Positions 54,661 through 64,000 of a stretch of 64,000 nucleotides of DNA are shown here, piece by piece. The DNA is from Octopus vulgaris (Eukaryota): NCBI GenBank assembly GCA_951406725.2, contig OX597814.1, positions 192,138,001-192,202,000 of the forward strand, read 5' to 3'. The position numbers and the translations under genes are program-made. Within the stretch, counting starts at the first letter, position 1. Each line of letters starts with the position of its first letter. The notes under the pieces were generated by a model that was not told the DNA's origin, did not search any database, and was given only the letters and a program-made list of their open reading frames with translations.

Positions 54661-55420
54661 TTGAATATCTAATTTATACATATTGTCTCTGATGCACTTC
54701 TTTATTGCCATTAACACCACACATTAAAGACAGTCAAGACAATTATATATTACTGTTACTTCTACACATATTTTCACAGCCAACACAACTGTATGTTCCA
54801 GTCACGTGAATCAGTCTCCAGTGTTTGTGTGACCAATGACCTGCTAGAAAAAGCAGTCAAAATCCCATCAAGCAAATACTTATTGTCTGAACTTATCTAA
54901 AGAAAAAAGCACTGTTTGCCCTTTTTCTTTAGATAAGTGGCTAGTGTAATTAAGATTGGATGTTCATGTTTGGAAGGCTTTGATCATAGGTTTGCTTCAT
55001 CAGAAACAAACTGTGATTAAACATCCATTTCTGTTCACATTATCACAACCAACAAGTTATTTCTTTATGTGTGTATGTATAATCATACACACATACAATC
55101 ATACATACTCACACTCCCACAAACAACACAACTATCCATTACTCTTTTGTACTCTCATTTTTGCAGTCTACATAACTATATATTTTCATCATATGTTTTT
55201 GTATTATCCCAGCCAATAATAACTGTATTACATTATCATTACGAATATTTGCATAATACCAGCCAACACAAGTATGTCACTGTCTTGTGTACTTACATCA
55301 TTCCAGCCAACACAGCTGTGTATTATTTCAACTGGTACACATATTATCTCCCTTAACAAAATTATATGTTACTCTCGTGTGTATGTACTCAAATAACACA
55401 AGCTCACACAACTGTGGTAT

Positions 55421-56295
55421 GCAAATTAAGTTGCTCCAACTCTCTGAATGTACCTGATTTGCCATGTATATAAACTGATCGGTTACCTGTTTCTCTGGAA
55501 TTGGTCAAGAAATGTAGACACCTGATGAGAATCCAAAAAAGTTTCAAAATCAATTAAGGATATTCATAATTTTTGCAGTCTATGGAGAAATAGTTTAATT
55601 TGCCATGTTTTTATGTCTATTGTGTAGCTTATATATATTATATCATATCTTGATGCCCTGTGGATTGATATTAAACGAGCACTCAGAGAGTGCAAACTTC
55701 TGCTGAGGCAACACCAACGTCCTCTCAATGATTAGCCAGAGATGATTTTTAAAATGAGAATATCTGAAATAAACTCAACTGCTCTCACAAACAAGAATAC
55801 TAAAAGTGAACCCGACTGCTCTCAGAAATTAAGTTAAAAAACAGAAAAAATAAACCAGAATCCTTGTCTGGTATTGAATCAATCCCAAAACTTAATTGGG
55901 TCATGCCAGTCATGAGGCCAAACATTCCTGAAAGTTTCATCCAAATCCATCCAGTGGTTCTTGAGATATTTTGGTCCATGGAAAACAAACAAACGCAACT
56001 GAAAACTATACCTCCGCATTTGTTAAGGTGGAGGTAATAAAGTGTTAAATACTTACAGTAAGCAAATTAGTAGCTCCAATTCTTGGTAGCAACTGGATTT
56101 GTTGAGTGTAAACATATTAGTTGCTTACTTCTCTGACATTGGTCAAGTGATGTAGACACTTCTGATGAGAACCCAATGAGATCCAAAAACCAATTTAAAG
56201 CTGTTCATCATTTTTCCAATCTACAGAAAAATAGTTAAATTTGCCCTATTTGTATGTCTACTACATAGATTATATACATTGCTACTACATATTGC
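55421..56295 (+). repeat. Two diverged ~230-bp direct repeats (~55421-55660 and ~56061-56295), each with a CTGATGA box
   Basis: Colinear matches: GCAAATTA(A)GT.GCTCCAA ... TTGGTCAAG..ATGTAGACAC..CTGATGAGAA.CCAA ... AAATAGTT.AATTTGCC. Confidence 0.75.
55671..56040 (-). mobile_element. Helentron-associated (HINE/DINE-1-like) non-autonomous element
   Basis: Minus strand starts TTATTACCTCCACC...GCGGAGGT (subterminal inverted repeat), then (GTTT)n, and ends in hairpin GCACTC-TCT-GAGTGC. It sits between the two direct repeats. Confidence 0.6.
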
Positions 56296-57379
56296 TGTCA
56301 TATGTGTACTAGCATATATCAATCAGCTCTAGTTTATATTACCATTCTGTATTCTAACATTGTCCCCAGCCTACACAGCTGTGTATTCTTTCAACTACAC
56401 ACATGTTATCTTAGTCAACATAACTCTATACTGCAAATCAGGTCTCCTATACCATTATCACATTCTGCAACCACTAATCTCTAATTAAAACTCTATCACC
56501 AACAAAAAAATAACCATTTCTGTATCCACTTGCAGTTTTAAAGCAGGTCATTTGTTAATGTGTTTTGTTGGTCTAAAACTAACTTAACATTCCCTATTCA
56601 TTTAAGAGTGTGTTTACTTATATCTTTGCTGTTAACTAACTTGGCAGTGAAGCTAAAATAAAAACTGCTATAATGCATGTACTTTATCCCTACTTTTGCT
56701 TTTAAATCCTTAGTGATTTGGTTGTTGACTTGTTGACTATTAAACAGGGTCACGTTTTTTTTGTCTTAGATATTGTGCTGGCTTCCAGCTAAATATGACA
56801 ATTTAGTTAAAAATTATAAAGTGTTTTTCATTTTTTTTATTACTTAATCTAATGATGAGTACCTATATCTAATTTAATAATCTCTTAGGCAAGTAGTAGG
56901 ATTAACTAACTGGATATGATTAGTACAGTTTAATCTTCGTTTTATATTCCTTCAGGTTAATCATTGTAGGGAAACATAGACAGAGTACATGGTAAAATTT
57001 ATGTAGCCTTTCATTTGAGGGGAAAGTAAAGTAGGTGTACCATTGATGGTTCAGTACTGGTGCTATCAAACATGCATCAAATATATGAACTGGCCAAGGT
57101 ATGCAAGCTATGTTTTGGTGTGAGACATTAAGCTATTGAAAGCATGGGAAATAATGATTTAATTATGTATTTTTAAATAATTACTCTCAAACAGCTATTT
57201 GTGTGTATATACATAGATATGTATACGTGCATTTTGTATTTAGAAAATATTTAGTACTATATGATAAGTCACTGACTTATTAAATTTTTCTGCCAATAAT
57301 CAGAATCAAATATGTATGTATGCATTGTTGAGCAGGAACTAATAAAAATGATCACAGAGTCTCTGCCTTTATTTGGATT

Positions 57380-57950
57380 CTCTGGTAAAGGGAATGCAAT
57401 AGCCGAATAAGAATAGTATAAAAGATGTTAGGTTTACATTGTTGCTAGTTATTGATTAGATGGAAGCACTGGTAATTAGGTACTGAGTTCCAGAGTGAAA
57501 CAGTTTTGAGGAAGGAAAAATTTGAGCTTGGTTTTAATAAGATGTGTTGGGAAATATAGTTGCAGTGGTATTGTGAGAAATGAGTACAATGAGTGGGCTT
57601 AGGCAAACTGTACAAAATTACACAAAGAAAAGAATGTAGAAGCCGTTGTCATAATACTTTGTTGAGGAGTGACATAGCACCAGAGTTGGGTTTAGAGAAT
57701 ACTAGCATGTATTTACATAGCAAGCAGGCAGCCTTTTGATTTCGAAATTCAGCCTGTTGTGTTTGTGTAAATGGTGAGTGCACTATCACAGGTGAATGAC
57801 CAATATTTGTGCACATTAGTCCCTGTTCAGAGCTATGGCTTGTTTTGGCCCCAATGAAGAAAATGCTGTAGAATATATCTTTCAATACAATTCTAGCTTA
57901 GTGGAATTTCTATAAGAGATTGCCTAATGTTGTTTATATGTAGTGCTTTT
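57380..57950 (-). mobile_element. Highly decayed L2/Crack-like LINE 3' fragment
   Basis: Fragmentary peptides QKAACL...YY...SFLKTVSLWNSVP resemble the CR1-group C-terminus. Confidence 0.45.
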
Positions 57951-58074
57951 TGCTGTTAAATGTTTGTTTACTTTCCAAACTAATCATTCATATACCCAAC
58001 TATGATTTTATTTTTTTGCTTTTTGTTTTTAACCTTGAATTTACATATTTGAATTAATATATATAAATATTAAA

Positions 58075-58132
<58 letters not shown>

Positions 58133-58197
58133 TCACTGGCCTTTTAATTGCTGAATGTGTGTGTGCAGTTTGGACTTAACCTTATTTTTTTCTATAG

Positions 58198-58311
58198 GAA
58201 ATAAAAAGGCTTCACCGGCTTCAAAATACAATACAATAGGTGTACATACACATCGACAACCACAACATCAAGTGAAGGATAACGCATTATGGAGAAGAGG
58301 AAGCCAAGATG
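58198..58311 (+). CDS. Candidate second coding exon of the WIP-like gene (114 nt, phase 1-1)
   Basis: Branch-like CTTAAC, T tract and TAG acceptor ending 58197. Open in the phase required by the WH2 exon: (G)NKKASPASKYNTIGVHTHRQPQHQVKDNALWRRGSQD. Donor ATG|GTAGTT at 58312. No recognisable homology. Confidence 0.6.
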
Positions 58312-58566
58312 GTAGTTGACTGATACATTAGTCCTGCATTATGCATGTCTGATTAATTTTTTTGCTTAGTTCCTCATAGTTATACGATACCATTGATTGC
58401 TACACTGTGCATGGTTTTGCTCTTCTAACCTGATGCTTTTTGTTTTTTTTTGTTTTTGACTTTTTAGTTTGTCTCTGAGATGTTGTTCGTAGGGTTCTTC
58501 ATTAAGTTATTATCATTTTATCCTTAAGTTCAAAAATAGTATTAGTAATGATATAAATGATATCAA

Positions 58567-58987
58567 TGGCAAACCCGTGGCCTCTACCTGGGATGTAGCC
58601 AGCCCACTTATGCATACCTTTCCTTCTTGGGACACAAAACTCTGCTTGCGAAGACCTGTTGAGGCAAGTGAAATCGGAATCGAAATCGCTCAAAATTCAA
58701 TGGAAATTGTAATTGTGATACCAGTGCTGGTGGCACGTAAAAGAACCATCCGAACGTGGCCGTTGCCAGCACTGCCCTGACTGGCCTCCATGCTGGTGGC
58801 ACGTAAAAAGCACCTACTACACTCACAGAGTGGTTGGTGTTGGGAAGGGCATCCAGCTGTAGAAACACTGCCAGATCAGACTGGGCCTGGTGCAGCCTCC
58901 TGGCTTCCCAGACCCCAGTCGAACCGTCCAACCCATGCTAGCATGAAAGCGGACGTTTAAACGGTGATGATGATGATGATGATGATG
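58567..58987 (+). mobile_element. RTE 3'-UTR fragment
   Basis: Matches the reverse complement of 16602-17190 (CCAGCCCACTTATGCAT..., GAAGACCTGTTGAGGCAAGTGAAATCG) and ends in (GAT)n. Confidence 0.8.
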
Positions 58988-59329
58988 GACTCTCCTAATA
59001 TATGAGCATTCAACTTTTGAATCAAACCAATGATCTAATGAACATGTACCCATCATGCTAACCCTGAGGTCATAAGACTTCACCGTAACAAAAGATTTAT
59101 TTATAGTGATCAAATGTCTGTGCCACACATTAGCTCACTCTTTCCATCAAATCAACGTTTTTTCAAGAGGTGCACTGTATACCACTTGTCATGTGTTGAG
59201 ATGATTGCAGAGTAACATGAGATGAAGTGTCTTGCTCAAGAACACAACACACCACCTGGTTTAGGAACTGAAATCATGATCTCTAGTCAATGAGTGCAAC
59301 ACCCTAACCACCAGGCAATGTGTTCTCAC

Positions 59330-59366
<37 letters not shown>

Positions 59367-59368
<2 letters not shown>

Positions 59369-59582
59369 TTCTTTTCTACTCGAGGCACAAGGCCTGAAAT
59401 TTTTTGGTGGGGGTGCAGTCGATTAAACCAACCCCAGTACCCAACTGGTACTTAATTTATTGAACCCGAAAGAATGAAAAGCAAAGTCAGCCTTGACGAA
59501 ATTTGAACTGAGAACGTAAAGACATACGAAATACTGCTAAGTATTTCGCCCAGCATACTAACGTTTCTGTTAGCTCGCCCTT
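59367..59582 (-). mobile_element. SINE family B
   Basis: Reverse-complement consensus flanked by TCACA(TAA)n on both sides. Confidence 0.8.
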
Positions 59583-59639
59583 CACATAATAATAATAATG
59601 ATTTCAAATTTTGGCAACTTGGGGGATAACTAAATTAAT

Positions 59640-59982
59640 TTAGGTGCAGGCTTGGCTGAGTGGTGAGAAGTTTGTTTTCAAACCACATGGTTTCAGTTTT
59701 TGTCCCACTTAGACAAGTGTCTTCTGCTATAGCTGGGAGTGGACTTGATTGACAGAAACTGAGAGAAGCCTGTCGTGTGTGTGTGTTTCTGCCCCTCCCC
59801 CAGCACTTGACAACTGATTTTGGTTTGTTTATCTCCCTATAACTAGGCAGTTCAGCAAAAGAGGCCAATAGAACAGGCACTACACTTAAAACAAATAAGT
59901 ATTGGGATTGATTTGTTTGACTAAGTCCTTCAAAGTGGTGCTCCAGTATGGCTGCAGTCCAATGACTGAAACAAGTAAAAGA
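59640..59982 (+). mobile_element. SINE family A, diverged
   Basis: Head TAGGTGCAGGCTTGGCTGAGTGG and tail CAATGACTGAAACAAGTAAAAGA. Confidence 0.75.
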
Positions 59983-60443
59983 TTATATTTTTTCATCCAG
60001 TGTTCTCTTGGTTCCAGTACCCATCAGTGATGATGATAATAAAAGTAATAATTTAACCCTCTACATTCTGAGTTCAAATCCTGCCAAAGGATTTGAATTT
60101 AGACTGTAAAGAGCCAGAACACATACCTCAAAACATTTTTCCCTGGCATTTTCATGATTCTGCCACCTCGTTACCATGATAATAATTGCTGTTTATAATT
60201 ATGCAGTGAACTGGCAGAATCATTAATGCATCACACAAACTGCTTAGTGACATTTCATCTGACTCTTTATGTTCTGAGCTCAAATTCCTCTGAGGATGAT
60301 TTTGTCCTTCATCCTTTCAGAGTTGATAAAATAATGTACAAGTTAAGCACAGGGATTGATGCGATACACTAGCTCCCTGTCCCCAAAATTTCAGACCTTG
60401 TGCCTATAGTTGAGAGGATTATTATTATTATTATTATTATTAT

Positions 60444-61165
60444 ATGAAAACTCACAGCTTATTTTGCTGAATATGATGGAAAGTGTCAGCTGTCCACAGC
60501 CAGCTGACTAAGGTGACACTTGTTTACTGGTCATGCTTCAAGAACCCAGCAAAGAATTATTGCAGTTCCAAGCAATGCTGATTTTTGTAGGTGTTCTATC
60601 TTTACACTTGTACCAATCTTTTGGAGCCATGCTGGTAGTTGAGTGCTGATACTTCCTAGTGCACCAATTACTATTGGTATCACGTCTACTCTCCTCATTG
60701 ATCACAACCTTTGTATTTCCCACTTCAAATCATCATAGTTGTTTATTTTTTCTTCTTGTTTCTTTTTGATTCTGTTGTCACTGGGACATGCTATGTCATT
60801 TACCATGCATGTTCTTTTTTATTCACCACAACAGTGTCCGGTTTCCTATGTCTGCTCAGGTGATCACACTGAATCATTGCATCTCACAGGATTTTGTGAT
60901 TCTCATTCTTGGTGACTCCTAGAGTTTTCTTATACCATTGTCTTTGCTCTTTGTAGGCTGTGATTTCCACAGATTCCCAATGGATCATTCTTGCCACATT
61001 GTCATGTCTTCTTTTGTATTCGTGTTTTGCCAATTTGAGGCTTTTGCTAATGATGTGCTGTACCATTTCACCCCTCCCGCCACACATGCATTTGTCACTA
61101 TCAGTAGTGTTGTCTATTCTGCACTTCACATAGTTGGTCCTTAATGCTTGTTCTTGAGCTGTACA
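60444..61165 (-). mobile_element. 5'-truncated R4/Dong-clade (restriction-like endonuclease) LINE, decayed
   Basis: Minus strand encodes AQEQALRTNYVKCRID...KC.CG...EMVQHIIS...EYKRRHDNVARMIHWE...ENHKIL*DAMIQCDH...HRKPDTVVVNK...NDIACPSDNRI...EKINNYDDLKWEI, i.e. a degenerate zinc knuckle, RH motif and PD-(D/E)xK nuclease. The 3' end abuts (TAA)n. Confidence 0.85.
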
Positions 61166-61408
61166 GGTGAGCTGGCAGAATCATTAGCACACCAGGCAAA
61201 ATGCTTTGTGGTATTTTGCCCATTACTATGTTCTGAATTCAAATTCCGCTGAGGTTGACTTTGTCTTTCATCCCTTTGGGGTCAATAGATTAAATAGCAG
61301 CAAAACACTGGGGTCAATGTAATCAGCTAGTCCCCTCCCCAAAATTTCAAGCCTTGTGCCTTTAGTAGAAAGGATTATTCATTATTATTATTATTATTAT
61401 TATTATTA
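61165..61408 (+). mobile_element. SINE family B
   Basis: Consensus with (ATT)n tail. Other copies at ~45403-45540, ~46025-46197, ~50795-51020, ~60205-60443 and 63948-64000. Confidence 0.8.
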
Positions 61409-61753
61409 CAACATTTGTTTGTTTTAATGTCTTTTACACCTATATAATTTAGCAATAAATTTTACATGATAAAGAGACATAAACACAGGTGTATGAATAA
61501 TTGTGTCTACAACCGTTGTATACCTGTGACAGTGGTTGTGGGTCTGCCTTGGACATCACTTTTATGGATGTGGCACTTTTGAGTCGCTGTATAAGGTTGT
61601 ATAGGCTTGTGTTGGGGTTGGGAGTGGGGTGAAAACTCAAGCACTCTCCCAGGAGGCACATTCTAGGTTTGCCACTGATCCTACCATCACATTTACTATG
61701 ACCTTAGTTGTTTTTTAGTTGTTTTCCTACATTCTTTGAGTTCTTTACATTAA

Positions 61754-61967
61754 CCCTTTAGCATTCAGATTACTCTGTCAGATGTTATGCCTATTTATTT
61801 CAATTGATCATATGTTATCTCAAAGCTTCAAGATTGCAATGATGTGATTGCTTATTTTTTTTTAGAAAGACATTGTAAAGTAGGCACGAGAAGTCAGATC
61901 TGGTCAGTCTGAACATGATACAGCTACAATATTTAGGCCAGATAAGGCCAATTTAAATGCTAACAGG
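61754..61967. mobile_element. piggyBac-like MITE family 2
   Basis: TTAA-CCCTTTAGCATT ... AATGCTAACAGG-TTAA. Related copies at ~5297-5520, ~10818-11027 and ~30890-31530 (the last split by a SINE). Confidence 0.7.
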
Positions 61968-63346
61968 TTAATTTTAATTGGAATAATTTTGTTTTACTAA
62001 ATTGGTAGTTTTATACAAAATCAGTTGTTATTTCACTTGTATATTTTCTCGGTATAATAACAAGTATATTAATCCAATCTGTTTTGCTCTTTATGCGAAC
62101 ACATGTTAGTAAGATCAGTTTCATTCAGCTCTCTAACTTCGCTTTTATTACTAATAGCTACTTTTATTGGCAGTTTTCATTTATTACTAATAGCTACACT
62201 TATATAAACAGTTTTCATAAAATTTCACTATAAGCAACTCAAAATGGAAAATGCTTCAATAACGATAGACATTTTAACAGAACTTTCATGTTAACATTTT
62301 TTCCCCCTATCTTGCAAAATTGAAAACAGCTTCAATAAAAACAAGTTCACTGAACAGAATTTGCCATCTGCTAATGAGCTTCTTATATCAATCATTAACA
62401 CTTGCTACTCTAGTTAGTTTGCTCTTGTTGACTAAGCTTAGCTGCTGCAGACAACAGAGATAATTAATTTTATTCTTTATTGTTCTAGCATTGATTTATC
62501 AACTTTGTATTTTCAAATGATCGTGATTGGTAAAAATTTTAATGAATGGAAAAGATCAGTTTCTCATTCTTTTGTCACTTTATTTTATTTCCATGTGCAT
62601 TTGTTAGTAATCTTCACAAACAGCTAAAAAAATTTGTTTCCCCTTTAGTTTTTTTAAAATATTAGTTCCAAGTTAAATATGTGTATATTTGCACTTTTTT
62701 TATTTTTGCATTTGCATTGTATGTATTTCTGTGAAATGCTAAAATGAATTTTTTTTTTTTGTGATGATGATGATGTGTGTATACACTTGTAAATTATTCT
62801 TTCTGTTTTTATAAATTTTGTAAGGAAAATAATTTAATAGAATATTCATGTTTTTACATATAATCTTTTACAGCTGAAACTGCTTTTATGAAATGATTTA
62901 AATTAGTTTTGTAATAAAATACTTATATATCTCTAATTCAGTTGGCATAGCTTGTGTATATGCCTGCATGTTCATGTGCATGTATGTATACACAATGTAG
63001 TTTTATTTTTATTTTGAATATCTTTTATGGTAATGCAGTTTCTAAAATACTTTGTCTAACAGTCATTTTCTTCAGAAAGCATTAAATTCTAATGAACATA
63101 ATTTTTTTACTGTATATTCTCTATTATGCATTTAATTATTTACAGTGTATTTTTCAAACTATATTTCTTATCTAATATTTAAATTGTGTATTTTGATATT
63201 GAAATCTGATGTGATTTTTGTATAGTACTTTTCTTGGGATTTTTTTTCTTTCTACCACCAAAACAGATTAATTTTGTTGTGAAATATCCATTTAATGCTA
63301 ACATAATATATACACACTTTGAAATTTCGTGTTTTTCACTTTGCAG

Positions 63347-63688
63347 ACTGTTCAGCTATATTAATTCAAAGGAAGAAAATCCTAGAGAAAAAACAAAAAA
63401 ATGTGATATCCAATCACAAAGTAAACCCAATCACTAATAATGCTAAGTCAAGTTATTCACTTACAGCCGCTGCCAAGAACACTGGTCTCCAAAATAATTT
63501 GCCTGTTTTCTCAAAAACTCTTCCAGCTAATATTTCTCATAGCAATGATCTTAGTCATGGTCTTAGCTACAATCAAACTAACAGTAATTCTGTAAACAAT
63601 AATGAATTTAACAAGCCAACAGACTGGTATATAAAACGGGGCCTTAATGAGTCTAACACACGTTGGATTTCAAATCTGAAGAAAAAGG
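63347..63688 (+). CDS. Candidate third coding exon of the WIP-like gene (342 nt, phase 1-1, Asn/Ser/Lys-rich)
   Basis: TTTTTCACTTTGCAG acceptor ends at 63346. The phase-1 frame is that of the 183-aa ORF 63319-63870 (DCSAILIQRKK...RWISNLKKK), unusually long for DNA this AT-rich. Plausible donor AAGG|GTATAA at 63689, after which the ORF becomes intron-like. Confidence 0.55.
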
Positions 63689-64000
63689 GTATAATTATTA
63701 TTATCGTTTGTAGCTTAGTTAACCCTTGCCTATTCAGTGAGTTTTTCATCAGCTTTGCACTAAAAATGATTTTTAACCTCTTCACCTGTTTTAAATTAAA
63801 ATTTTTTTTGTGTGTTTTTCATTTTAGCTTTTCCCTATATATTTTTAGTATTTACCCTAGTGCAAATTAGTTATTTTATAGACACTGATGTGGCTGTATG
63901 ATAAGAAGTTTGCTTCCCAGCCACATGGTTTCTGGTTCAGTCCAGAAAGGCGGCAAGCTGGCAGAAACGTTAGCACGCCAGGCGAAATGCTTAGCGGTAT

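Noticed and set aside
54580-54715. Possible Penelope GIY-YIG C-terminal remnant (KKC...KCQ) upstream of the hammerhead on the minus strand
   Set aside because: Only a few residues match and frameshifts are needed; requires a profile search.

Overview
AT-rich, repeat-saturated eukaryotic DNA, not prokaryotic: no operon, CRISPR, rRNA or intact tRNA was seen. The SINE/LINE/microsatellite content looks like a coleoid cephalopod (Octopus-like); that assignment is from recall and unverified. The only host gene I can support is the 5' part of a + strand WIP/verprolin-family actin regulator. It has a polyproline + WH2 exon at 53832-54032 (ATG 53849) and two phase-compatible candidate exons at 58198-58311 and 63347-63688, and it continues beyond the window. 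Everything else is intron/intergenic sequence filled with tRNA-derived SINEs, 5'-truncated LINEs (RTE, CR1/L2, R4/Dong), decayed mariner and pogo transposons, TTAA MITEs, Helitron/Helentron-type elements and microsatellites. Almost all ORFs in the supplied track are microsatellite or repeat artefacts. The most interesting signals are: (1) hammerhead-ribozyme-like folds in three apparently unrelated repeats (54398-54492 on -, 44202-44271 on + inside a long inverted repeat, and decayed copies at 55522 and 56162), resembling Penelope-like/retrozyme elements; (2) three nested, mirror-ordered inverted repeat pairs bracketing the first two coding exons, which would back-splice into a 315-nt stop-free circle; (3) a twin-priming 5' inversion in an RTE LINE. 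All alignments and folds were done by eye, and repeat boundaries are approximate.
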